NCBI GenBank assembly: GCA_963668675.2
Contig: CAXXMB010000001.1
Span: forward strand, 576,001 to 640,000
Source: an uncultured Desulfatitalea sp.
Lineage (GTDB): Bacteria; Desulfobacterota; Desulfobacteria; Desulfobacterales; Desulfosarcinaceae
Reading direction: 5' to 3'
DNA: 64,000 nt
Shown: one piece after another, positions 20,075-29,328 of the stretch
How positions within the stretch are numbered: the first letter of the stretch is position 1
Layout of the letters: each line of letters begins with the position of its first letter
Program-made: the position numbers and the translations under genes
Notes under the pieces: generated by a model
Seen by the model: the letters and a program-made list of their open reading frames with translations, nothing else
The model's database searches: none
Told to the model about the DNA's origin: nothing

Positions 20075-20542
20075 GTGAAAAGAAGAGACGGTTTCACCCT
20101 TTTAGAGCTTTTAATGGTGATGTTCATCCTCTCATTGGTCACCATTGCTGCACTGCCGGTTAACAAATGGCTTCGGTCGCAAGGCGTAAAGCTTGCGACC
20201 GAACAGTTGCGTGGAGATCTGCAGTTGGCGCGTCTGATGGCTATAAAGCATAGGAAGTCATGCTCCATTGAGGTAAATACGCCATCGATCAATCGTTATT
20301 CGAATTCGCTTAACCATCAAATGGTGGATTTGGCAACATATCGGGGCGGGGTCCATTTCATGATCAAAGGGCCGGGCGGGGGCGTCGCCTCCAAAACCAT
20401 CACGTTTAATCGCAGAGGCATGGCGATGTCCATCGGTTCAATATTTCTATCAGATAGGGATGGAAGCAATATTTTCCGAGTAAGAGCGATGCCGCCTGGC
20501 GGCATTTCTGTATTTCGATGGAGCGGCAATGGCTGGAAATAG
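20075..20542 (+). CDS. fimT: Type IV minor pilin, FimT/FimU (GspH) family
   Basis: Prepilin cleavage site RRDG|FTLLELL with E5; LQLARLMAIK and ITFNRRG motifs; GTG start. Confidence 0.85.
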   Translation: MKRRDGFTLLELLMVMFILSLVTIAALPVNKWLRSQGVKLATEQLRGDLQLARLMAIKHRKSCSIEVNTPSINRYSNSLNHQMVDLATYRGGVHFMIKGPGGGVASKTITFNRRGMAMSIGSIFLSDRDGSNIFRVRAMPPGGISVFRWSGNGWK

Positions 20543-21443
20543 TATTGACAGGGGGAAACGACAGCGATCGAAATGGACGGTGCCGGCCTGCAATAGGCGC
20601 GTGCAGGTAGGGTTTACACTGTTGGAAGTGCTGATCGCTTTGACGGTCGGGATCGTCGCCATTGGATCCGTCTATTCGGTTTATGTCTCTCAAATGAAGG
20701 CTAGCCGCAACAACGGACTGCGCCTTGAGTTGCAGCAAAACTTGCGGGGGGCGTTGGTCATTATAGCCCAAGAGATACGATATGCAGGATTCGACCCCGA
20801 AGATAGCGGGCGGTTCGGTCTCGTCGATGTTCGCCGGTATGGCCTTGTTGGCACGGGACTCGACCCGGAAGGCCAGCCGGCACTGTTCTACACAGTGGAT
20901 CTGGACGAAAACGGGGATCTGGACGAACGCAATCGCAATCGAAACAGAGAGCACTGCAACTTCAGGATACGACAGGATAATAACATCGGGAGGCGCTATT
21001 TAGCATGGGACAACGGCGGCGGCCGGCAGCCATTGTCGGAAAATGTCTGCGCCTTGGGGTTGGCCTACGGTGTCGATGCGGACATGGATGGCCGGTTGGA
21101 TAGCTGGGGGAGCGGCCCACACGCCGTCTGGGCTGTTGATTCAGATAATGACAACATGCTGGACCTGCATATCGATTCGAACAATGACGGTATTATCGAC
21201 GTCAGAGATGATGCTAATAAGGACGGTCGTATAGGACCGGAAGACGGAGGTGTCATCGATCCGGCAATTCCGCTGGATAGAATAAGAGCGGTCCGGGTCT
21301 GGTTGCTCGCAAAGAGCGCCTTTCAAGTTGAGGGCCATTTCGATAGATCCCCCCATGTTGTTGGTGACCAGGTGATAAGGCCGGTCAACGACGGGTACAT
21401 GCGAAGGGTATTGGAGACCATCGTCGATGCAAGGAATATGTAA
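20529..21443 (+). CDS. pilW: Type IV minor pilin PilW-like, with several DxDxDG loops
   Basis: G|FTLLEVLIA; ELQQNLRGAL...EIRYAGF; IRAVRVWLLA. Confidence 0.85.
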   Translation: MAGNSIDRGKRQRSKWTVPACNRRVQVGFTLLEVLIALTVGIVAIGSVYSVYVSQMKASRNNGLRLELQQNLRGALVIIAQEIRYAGFDPEDSGRFGLVDVRRYGLVGTGLDPEGQPALFYTVDLDENGDLDERNRNRNREHCNFRIRQDNNIGRRYLAWDNGGGRQPLSENVCALGLAYGVDADMDGRLDSWGSGPHAVWAVDSDNDNMLDLHIDSNNDGIIDVRDDANKDGRIGPEDGGVIDPAIPLDRIRAVRVWLLAKSAFQVEGHFDRSPHVVGDQVIRPVNDGYMRRVLETIVDARNM

Positions 21444-21457
21444 CATAGACGCTACGA

Positions 21458-21580
21458 ATACCCCGGTAACGAATAATCACAACATATGTCCTTCCGGCGA
21501 AAGCAGGAATCCAGTTGGTTCCTGGTTCCCGGAACAAGTCCGGGATGACGAAGGGTGGCCTGTTTAATTGCCGGTTTTAT
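21458..21580. repeat. Palindromic REP/MITE-like element, copy 1 (core 21488-21549)
   Basis: Core GTCCTTCCGGCGAAAGCAGGAATCCAG...CTGGTTCCCGGAACAAGTCCGGGATGAC, 56/62 nt identical to copy 2; degenerate outer inverted ends. Confidence 0.85.
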
Positions 21581-21667
21581 ATCTGCTCAAACAACTTCAT
21601 CGTATCTCATCACGGATGAGCGGAGCGGATATAAGACGTTTGAGGCAGGAGAGAGGATTGCTTTACT

Positions 21668-22105
21668 TTGATTGGTGAAATCGCTTTTTCAAGAAAAAGA
21701 GAAGGGCAGAGCGGCTTGTCGTTGATTGAAGTGATGATGGCATTGACCATCTTCACGATTGGTATTTTGGCCGTTGCAGGTATGCAGGGGGTCAGTATGA
21801 AAACCATTGGCAAGGCCAATTGGAATACCCGACAATCGGTTTGTGCAGCCAGCCAAATAGAGAGCATATTGACCAAGGCGTATGATCATCCGACTTTGGT
21901 AGATACCGACAATGGTTATGAACCTGGGGTGCCAGACCACGGCCCGTATGCGATGGATGGGGGACCGGCCACCATCGAGTGGGAAATTCAAGACGATTTT
22001 CCGGTGCACGGCACCAAACGCATAACGGTCACGGTTCGCCCGATCAACGGAAGTGGTTCGATGGCACCTTCGATTTTCGAGTATGTCAAGGCGAGTGAAT
22101 ATTAG
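21668..22105 (+). CDS. pilV: Type IV minor pilin PilV-like
   Basis: QSG|LSLIEVMMALTIFTIGILAVAGMQ; KRITVTV near the C-terminus; TTG start after AGGAGAGAGG. Confidence 0.85.
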   Translation: MIGEIAFSRKREGQSGLSLIEVMMALTIFTIGILAVAGMQGVSMKTIGKANWNTRQSVCAASQIESILTKAYDHPTLVDTDNGYEPGVPDHGPYAMDGGPATIEWEIQDDFPVHGTKRITVTVRPINGSGSMAPSIFEYVKASEY

Positions 22106-22148
22106 TTCGTGCTTCAAGCAAACGGTTCGCTGCCTGGATGTTTCGTCG

Positions 22149-22270
22149 TTAACCCGGCAATCAAATACACTTAGAATCTTCATCCCAGCGAAAGCAGGAA
22201 TCCAGTTGGTTCCTGGATCCCGGATCAAGTCCGGGATGACGTAGGTTGGTCTATTTTTTGGCCGGGTTAA
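22149..22270. repeat. Palindromic REP/MITE-like element, copy 2 (core 22179-22240)
   Basis: Perfect 10-bp terminal inverted repeat TTAACCCGGC...GCCGGGTTAA around core TTCATCCCAGCGAAAGCAGGAATCCAG...CTGGATCCCGGATCAAGTCCGGGATGAC. Confidence 0.9.
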
Positions 22271-22315
22271 TAAGATGTGCACTGAGCATATTCAGTTGGT
22301 GGAAAGGCAGATGAC

Positions 22316-22831
22316 GTGGCAATCTATTCAGGTCAACATTGGAAAAGCGATAACGGATCCGTGCTGGTTACAACACTGCTGGTCCTCTTGGCGATTACAA
22401 TTTTAGGGGTTGCCAGTATCAATACGAGTGTTGTCGAGTCCAAAATTGCGCGAACAGAAAAAGAGGTGAGGGAGACCTTTTATCTCTCAGAAGGTGCAGC
22501 AATGGAGTGTATCCAGAGACTGATCGGTACCGATCCGGTCGACAAAAACGAACAGTTTCCTTTCTGGATTCACTCGAAGAGAGAGGCAACGGGACTCGGT
22601 GTCAATTTTCGCTACCCAAAGGATTGGGATGTGGATGGAAAGGGTGAAGACAACGGGCTGATAAGCCCAATGGGCAATGAAACCTACATGGCTGCTGTAG
22701 AGTGGGGGGTCGCCACCGGTGGCTCTTTAGTTCAGACAGGATCAAGACTTTATCAGAACAGAGCTTACGGGTTATGCACCCGATACGATATCAACAGTGT
22801 CATCGAAATCGGATACTATATGCGCTATTGA
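22316..22831 (+). CDS. pilX: Type IV minor pilin PilX-like
   Basis: DNG|SVLVTTLLVLLAITILG (no E5, typical of PilX); TFYLSEGA. Confidence 0.85.
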   Translation: MAIYSGQHWKSDNGSVLVTTLLVLLAITILGVASINTSVVESKIARTEKEVRETFYLSEGAAMECIQRLIGTDPVDKNEQFPFWIHSKREATGLGVNFRYPKDWDVDGKGEDNGLISPMGNETYMAAVEWGVATGGSLVQTGSRLYQNRAYGLCTRYDINSVIEIGYYMRY

Positions 22832-22847
22832 TGGCGCTGACAGGGAG

Positions 22848-25800
22848 ATGATGAATTTGTGCCATACTCATTTTCGTTACATTCGTTTCTGCTTGAGGTT
22901 GCTGAGATTTTTTTCCATGGCGATCCTGGTCATGGCGGTGCCGACGCCCTCCCAAGGCGTTGAGATAAGCGATAGTCCCCTGGATATCCACATCGACGCT
23001 CCCCCTCCCAACGTGATGATTGTGTGGGACAATTCAGATAGCATGGATTGGGAGTTTGTCACCAACGAGCGCGGAGGCGTCTTTTCCGGATGCCACTATC
23101 TGTTCCCGGAAGATGCCTATCATCCCGCTGCGGATTATGCAGAGGCGGGCCTCAGCTCCTTGGCCCGGGAGCAGCGCTATCTGTGGCGATCGCAGTGGAG
23201 TGGTTATAACCGGCTCTACTACCGGCCGGATGTGAGTTACGAACCATGGCCGCAGACGGATCGATTCAATTTTAAAAATGCCCGCCTGCAGCGTCCCCTC
23301 TCAAATCCTGCGTGCCAGCGAGGGGAGTGCGCGCGATTCCGGATGAGCGCCCCATTCATTAAATTACGTTGTGGTGGAGATGAAGTTACCATCCCCAATG
23401 CACACTATTTCATTCTGGACGATCGAAACGGAGACGGTACCAGAGGCTCCGGTGAGTCAATCTATCTCGTGGCATGGCAGGACGAAGACAATGACGGTCA
23501 ATTGGATCTGTCCGGTCGTTTGATTGATGATCGGCGGCGATACTTCCGGTTCAATGATGATGGCGACCATCTCCTCGAAGACGATGAACTCTATGCCGTG
23601 GTGGATGAGGCGGAGAAGAACAACGTCCGCCCTCGGGTTTTGGACGACGAGGGAAGGGTGGTGCGTTATTGGACCGACCGTGAGGAGTTACAGAATTTTA
23701 CGAACTGGTTCAGCTACCACAGGAAACGGTTTTTTGTTTCAAAAGCCGCAGTAGCCACAGCTATTCTCAATGCCCGCCAGTTGAATATCGGTCTGTATGC
23801 CGTCAATGGCGCTCCGCGAATTGGCGTCTTGCCGGTTCAGGTGAGCAGTACGGAAGAAAATAGCGGTGGGCAGGTGATACTCGACCATAGTGAGGAGCTG
23901 CTTGATGAACTTTATGCGTCCCGCTGCCGGGGCCCTGCCGCCATTCGCGATGCCCTGCTTGAAGTGGGGCGCTATTTTAAAAAGGGTGACAGATCCGGGC
24001 TGGGGCCCTCTCCTTATCAATTGAGCGCTCAGGGCGGCAGTTGCCAGAACAGTCATGCGCTCCTCGTTGCCGGAAGTTATTGGGACGGTTCTGTCTCGGG
24101 AGTGGGAAATGAAGACGGCTACCAGGGGCGGCCATTTGCCGACGGTTGGAGCGACACCCTGGCCGACATCGCCATGCACTTTTACACAACTGATTTGGCG
24201 CCGGGATTGGAAGACCAGGTTCCGGCAAGGGGATGTGACGACGTCTCCCACCAGCATCTGGTGACCCATGGTATATGGATAGGCGGTCCCGGGACGATAG
24301 ATATAGAAGCGCTTCTTCCAAATGGTCGGATGGGTGCCGACCCTCATGGTGAAGGACCGTGTCTGGAAGATGTGTTGACAACCGTGCCGGCATGGCCGCA
24401 GCCTTTGCCGGGACAGGCATCGACCGTTGATGATCTGTTCCATTCCGCTGTAAACGGTCGTGGCTTCTTTTATACAGCCGCTCACTATCACAGTATGGGA
24501 GCGGCAGTAGGTCGCGTGATGGACTTCATCAGTGAACACTCGGCATGGATAGGCAAAGAGCATTACGGCCCGCAAGTGGTTCACTCAGATGCTATCTACA
24601 AAGTGAGTTACCACTCCGATAATTGGAGGGGAGATGTCCGGGCGTTCGATTATGATGTTTCAAGCGGTGACACCGGCAAAATGCGATGGAGCGCGGCGTC
24701 TCGCCTTGACGCTTCAGGTACCACCTATGACACGCGTCGCATTGTCACCTTCGGAGGCATTTGGCGTGATCCGCAGGGGATCCCTTTTCGCTACGCCGAT
24801 CTTTCGGAAGAGCAGAAACGATCCTTGGGGTCGGATCTGAACCATGGGTCAATTGCCGATGACAAGGCTAAATCGATGCTCAATTACATCAGGGGGTTGG
24901 ATACGCCTCCATATCGCATTCGTTCGGGGCGTATGGGGGACATCGTCAACAGTGTACCGGTTCTTGAGGGAGAAACGCTGTTCGTTGGAAGCAATGACGG
25001 TATGTTGCATGCATTTGATATCGACAACGGCGAAGAGCGGTTTGCCTATGTGCCTCATCTCGTTTTCGAGCAGCTCCAAGAACTCGGTTCGCCTGGTTAT
25101 GTCGGCAAACATCGCTTTTTTGTAGACGGCTCCCCATATGTGGGTGAGGTACTTGAAGGCCTCTATCGGCGGAAAACCTATCTGGTCGGCGGGTTGGGCA
25201 AAGGGGGAAGGGGATACTTCTGCCTTCTGATCGGAAGTCGTCAAAGAGATCTGGCTGGAGCGCAATTCGGACCGTACCGACAGACATTCAGTGTTGATGA
25301 TTTTAGTTCGGCATCATCGGAGCGAGAGATTTGCCAGATAGCGAAATGGGAGTATCCGCCACCAGATTTCAGCGATGATGGGGCGGATAACAATGGTAAC
25401 GGCGTGCAGGATGAGCCTGGTGAATCGGACCCGGATATGGGTTTCAGCCTGGGACGAGGCTATGCCGTAAATGCCAACGCATCTGACGGGACCTACCGCA
25501 GCGTGGTCATTTTTGGAAACGGTTACAACAGTTCCAATGGAAAGGCGGTCTTATATGTGTTGCGGGCCTCCGACGGGGTGTTGATTCGAAAGATCGACAC
25601 CGGCGCCGAAGGGGATAACGGCCTATCCGTACCTGCACTTGTCGATGTGAATGGGGACAGATGCGTGGATTACATCTATGCCGGTGACCTGAAAGGCAAT
25701 CTTTGGAAATTCGATCTAAGGGATGAACGCCCCCATCGTTGGGGGGTGGCTTATGGAGACGACGCCAATGGCGATGGCGTGATCGATGCCACCCAAGGAG

Positions 25801-26621
25801 ATATTCCCGCCCCGGTCTTCCAGGCCTCCGGGCAGCCGATTACCGCAAGACCGGATGTGATGGCCATGATGAATGCATGCGCGCCCCAACTGCATGGGAA
25901 TATGGTGATATTCGGTACCGGGCGCTATTTGGGCAAAATGGATCGGAGCGATAGTCGCCAGCAGAGCATATTCGGCATTTGGGATTATGGCGATGATGGC
26001 GATGATAGCGAGTATCTGGGGGCACTCTCCGATAGATCCTTCGGTGAACTGGACAGCGGTCTGAAGCTTTATCGAATTTCTGCTATAGAGCAATATTCAC
26101 AAGCGGGTGAGACCTTCCGCAGGTTGAGCGAATGGGAACCCGACTATGCGACCTTGGAAGATACGGAGGATGGCGATGGCGTGAGTATCAACAACGAGGG
26201 CGATGCAAAGGCACCCAATCCGAAGCGATATGCAGGATGGTACTTCGATTTTCCGCAATCGGCCGATTCACAGACGCAGCCGGCTGAAAGGGTGATCGGA
26301 GATGTAGTCATTCGTGGCGGAAATGCCGTTGTCGCCTCCTATCGGCCCAGTGGCAGCGTTTGCGATTGCGGCGGATCGTCCTGGCTCTATATCCTCAATG
26401 GATGCGGTGAGGGGGCTACCAGCCAAGATTGCGATACCCAGACGCCGCTGCCTAAAAGGTATCCGAACCGTCTCTATTCTAATATGACGATCATCAAAGA
26501 GAACAGAAGATCCGAACTGGATTATGTTATCATCGGAGATCAACAAGGAGAAACGATTCAACAACCCTTTTTAGGAGAACAATGGGGCAAGATCTTCTGG
26601 CACCAGAGTGCAGATCAATGA
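22848..26621 (+). CDS. pilY1: PilY1/PilC-type pilus tip adhesin (start uncertain)
   Basis: Signal-like N-terminus; vWA MIDAS-like IVWDNSDSM; beta-propeller motifs GDIVNS.P, VGSNDGMLHAF, GEERFAYVP, IFGNGYNS, YAGDLKGNLWKFD, FGTGRY and GWYFD. Confidence 0.92.
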   Translation: MMNLCHTHFRYIRFCLRLLRFFSMAILVMAVPTPSQGVEISDSPLDIHIDAPPPNVMIVWDNSDSMDWEFVTNERGGVFSGCHYLFPEDAYHPAADYAEAGLSSLAREQRYLWRSQWSGYNRLYYRPDVSYEPWPQTDRFNFKNARLQRPLSNPACQRGECARFRMSAPFIKLRCGGDEVTIPNAHYFILDDRNGDGTRGSGESIYLVAWQDEDNDGQLDLSGRLIDDRRRYFRFNDDGDHLLEDDELYAVVDEAEKNNVRPRVLDDEGRVVRYWTDREELQNFTNWFSYHRKRFFVSKAAVATAILNARQLNIGLYAVNGAPRIGVLPVQVSSTEENSGGQVILDHSEELLDELYASRCRGPAAIRDALLEVGRYFKKGDRSGLGPSPYQLSAQGGSCQNSHALLVAGSYWDGSVSGVGNEDGYQGRPFADGWSDTLADIAMHFYTTDLAPGLEDQVPARGCDDVSHQHLVTHGIWIGGPGTIDIEALLPNGRMGADPHGEGPCLEDVLTTVPAWPQPLPGQASTVDDLFHSAVNGRGFFYTAAHYHSMGAAVGRVMDFISEHSAWIGKEHYGPQVVHSDAIYKVSYHSDNWRGDVRAFDYDVSSGDTGKMRWSAASRLDASGTTYDTRRIVTFGGIWRDPQGIPFRYADLSEEQKRSLGSDLNHGSIADDKAKSMLNYIRGLDTPPYRIRSGRMGDIVNSVPVLEGETLFVGSNDGMLHAFDIDNGEERFAYVPHLVFEQLQELGSPGYVGKHRFFVDGSPYVGEVLEGLYRRKTYLVGGLGKGGRGYFCLLIGSRQRDLAGAQFGPYRQTFSVDDFSSASSEREICQIAKWEYPPPDFSDDGADNNGNGVQDEPGESDPDMGFSLGRGYAVNANASDGTYRSVVIFGNGYNSSNGKAVLYVLRASDGVLIRKIDTGAEGDNGLSVPALVDVNGDRCVDYIYAGDLKGNLWKFDLRDERPHRWGVAYGDDANGDGVIDATQGDIPAPVFQASGQPITARPDVMAMMNACAPQLHGNMVIFGTGRYLGKMDRSDSRQQSIFGIWDYGDDGDDSEYLGALSDRSFGELDSGLKLYRISAIEQYSQAGETFRRLSEWEPDYATLEDTEDGDGVSINNEGDAKAPNPKRYAGWYFDFPQSADSQTQPAERVIGDVVIRGGNAVVASYRPSGSVCDCGGSSWLYILNGCGEGATSQDCDTQTPLPKRYPNRLYSNMTIIKENRRSELDYVIIGDQQGETIQQPFLGEQWGKIFWHQSADQ

Positions 26622-26812
26622 ATGGCTATTATTACGGTTCAGCGGTTTTGGAAGATCAACACCGATTATATCCGTCAGTTCACATGCTATCTCTGATTAT
26701 AATCTCTCCTCGAAAATAGTCTTGAAAAAGGCGCTATACTTAAAATGGTGAACCATGGCCACACGGTTAGGTAACAGAGGCACGCAGGTCCTCGGTACCA
26801 TGGTGATGGCAA

Positions 26813-26841
26813 TTGACACCCACATTCCATTCCATTATAGT
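26813..26841 (+). promoter_or_regulatory. Sigma70-type promoter for the 26989 ORF and ATPase
   Basis: TTGACA-17 nt-TATAGT. Confidence 0.7.
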
Positions 26842-26988
26842 GAAACCATTACAAATATCATTGCCAGTACCGTATTGGCTGATTCCGCCCTTAGGGAGTG
26901 AGACCAATTGGCAACGGTGCTGGCCCCATGCATATAGCGAGCTGCCCGGCGAGGTGGCCGTTCAAACGACAGAGATCAAGATAGCGCT

Positions 26989-29262
26989 ATGAGCACCACC
27001 CCATCTTCAGGCAGTCCGGAGAGAAGCGCAGGCAATGACGCAATGACGACTCCGGGAGATCCGCGGCAGATTCTGCTGATCGAAATGCTTCACCTGCTGG
27101 GCCTTTTTCTGAACCATGCCCGGTATGCCAAAGGCGCACGGGCCACAGCGGTCATGTTCGACCAGATCATCCAACGTTTAAAGACGATTAACAAGCTACC
27201 CGGGCATGACGGTGGACTGATCTTGCGGCGTATCGCCAGTAAGGCAAGAACATCTGCCGGGAAGCAAGACTACCATATCCTGTTTGGAGATATGGCCTTT
27301 AGTGGATCGGAAGCATCCGTCAACAACAGCAAAACGCATAAGAATACCGGACACCTCTCCGCTGCATTGGAGCAAACGTTCGGCTATTTGGTGGAGCAGG
27401 GCATATCGGCACTCTTTATCCAACTGCCTGGCGACTCGCCTGAGCGGATCGATCAGTTGCGATTGGCTTTCAATATTATTGCCCGCTATCATCACGCGGT
27501 AGAGAACAATGCTTCCATCACGTTTCGCTATTTTGGACGCGCCATGACCATTCCGCTGATCAAAGATCGTCGGGGAAGGCCGGATCCAAACTTAACCCTC
27601 GTTGCAGGCCTCAACAGCCTATCGGCAATGAACATGCGTGAACTCCTGAAACAGGCCGAAGCGTTCAGTATGCTTTCGGGTGATTCGCCGTCTGAACTAC
27701 AACTGTTTAGCGACTACAATCAGGTGTTTCGTGTGAGAAGCCTGAGAGCCCAGCTTGTTCGGCCTTTGGTGGAAATCAACAACCTGCCCTGGATGGCATT
27801 GAATGGAAGTGATCCAGGGAGCCATGAATCTAAGCGAAAAAACAGGTGCTGTGACGGACAGGATAGACCCGTCGAGGAGAATCAAGCAGCTGCAGAGAAG
27901 GAGCAGGTGAGCGAAGTGCTCTCCCCGCAATACCTGTCGGTTTACGTGGATCAAGCGGATCGGCAAGTGGCCGAGGCGATGGAGATGATATTCGGCACTG
28001 AGGTGCTTGGGTGTCGATCCCATGAAATGGGGCAATATCTCGGGGCGGCCACCAAATTGTTGCAAACAATGGAGGCAGATCAGGTCGATGCCGTTCCGAT
28101 GGAAAAATTGATAGATTTTCTCTACAATCGGTTAGATCAACTTCCCGAAGGGCTGTTGGATGAGCTGAATCCACAACGACAAGGCCTGAAGATAGAAGAG
28201 GAGGGGAAAACCTTCCTGATCGGCATGATCCATCCCAAACTGCTCGATCTACTCGGATCGATAAAGGAACGGGTGCTGACCCAGCAAAAACTGGATTCCG
28301 TGAAGTCCCTTTCCCGGGAGTTATGCTCGGACAGGGCCCGCTATTTGCCGGAATGTTTCGATATCGCCGAAGACGACACTCCTGACGTCCTAAAGATGCT
28401 CAGATTCTGTTTGGGGAGCAGGGGGAGATTGAATCGACAGCAGTTTAATGCCCATATCGATCAGATGGGCGCTATGAAGAATCCTGCCTTTGAACTGCTG
28501 TGGTGCCTCGTTCGGCAGGCGGAAGAAACCGAACGCATAAGCGCCCTGTTGGACGCACTACAGATGCTATCCATACGCCTTGAAGACCCTTGCAGGGCGA
28601 TCGGATTTTTGATGACTGATCTGTTCCAGGTGTCGACCATGGAAGTTGACAGGGACAAGAACGCTTTTATTCTGATCAACTCCATGCTGCTTCGCTCAAA
28701 TGGAGAAAGTGATAGATACACGGATCGAACGCCTGACAAGGTTCTCTCATTCAGAAGCGTTCTCGATGCCTCCCTCCTTCGTTACGTTGCCCGCCGTTTG
28801 GCCATCCACCGGAACCGTGTAGCGGCCAAATTCAGGTCGATCAGGGTGCAACTGTTAAGGTTCCAGAATGACTCAGTGGCGTCTGACGCCTCATCACTGC
28901 TGGATTTTCAGCTGACGCTCTCTATGGAGCGGGAGGGAATGGTCTTTATGGCTTTGGCAGGTGGTGAAACGGGACGAGAGATTATTCGCGATGCGTTTGG
29001 GTTTTATAGCGATATCGAGAATCCTCTTTATCAGGCGGCTTTGACTTCATATCTGCCCAATTTGATAGAACATATTGGATTTGTTTTGAGGGCGATTGCA
29101 ATCGTTGGCGGCAATGAGGATATAACGACTCTCAAATTTATCGAGCGATCTGCAGCGCAATGGATGGCGCTGGATTCAGATTCAACGCACATCCGACGCG
29201 TTCAACAGATGCTGAAATTGGTGCCGGCAGCGATAAGACATATTCAAGTTCAGGCGCATTGA
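26989..29262 (+). CDS. Large hypothetical protein, probably mostly helical
   Basis: 757-aa uninterrupted ORF behind a near-consensus promoter; no recognisable motif. Confidence 0.75.
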   Translation: MSTTPSSGSPERSAGNDAMTTPGDPRQILLIEMLHLLGLFLNHARYAKGARATAVMFDQIIQRLKTINKLPGHDGGLILRRIASKARTSAGKQDYHILFGDMAFSGSEASVNNSKTHKNTGHLSAALEQTFGYLVEQGISALFIQLPGDSPERIDQLRLAFNIIARYHHAVENNASITFRYFGRAMTIPLIKDRRGRPDPNLTLVAGLNSLSAMNMRELLKQAEAFSMLSGDSPSELQLFSDYNQVFRVRSLRAQLVRPLVEINNLPWMALNGSDPGSHESKRKNRCCDGQDRPVEENQAAAEKEQVSEVLSPQYLSVYVDQADRQVAEAMEMIFGTEVLGCRSHEMGQYLGAATKLLQTMEADQVDAVPMEKLIDFLYNRLDQLPEGLLDELNPQRQGLKIEEEGKTFLIGMIHPKLLDLLGSIKERVLTQQKLDSVKSLSRELCSDRARYLPECFDIAEDDTPDVLKMLRFCLGSRGRLNRQQFNAHIDQMGAMKNPAFELLWCLVRQAEETERISALLDALQMLSIRLEDPCRAIGFLMTDLFQVSTMEVDRDKNAFILINSMLLRSNGESDRYTDRTPDKVLSFRSVLDASLLRYVARRLAIHRNRVAAKFRSIRVQLLRFQNDSVASDASSLLDFQLTLSMEREGMVFMALAGGETGREIIRDAFGFYSDIENPLYQAALTSYLPNLIEHIGFVLRAIAIVGGNEDITTLKFIERSAAQWMALDSDSTHIRRVQQMLKLVPAAIRHIQVQAH

Positions 29263-29328
29263 TAATTGATACCCGGTATGTGAAGCATACAGACCCGCAC
29301 AAGCGGTGAAGAGAGGTGAAAAAAAGAC

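Noticed and set aside
21458..22270. CRISPR array or integron attC interpretation of the repeats
   Set aside because: Only two copies about 690 nt apart, no cas or integrase gene, and no convincing RYYYAAC/GTTRRRY ends.
21689..22282. 197-aa minus-strand ORF containing VIPDLIRDP...WIPAFAG
   Set aside because: It is the translation of the palindromic repeat plus the antisense of pilV.
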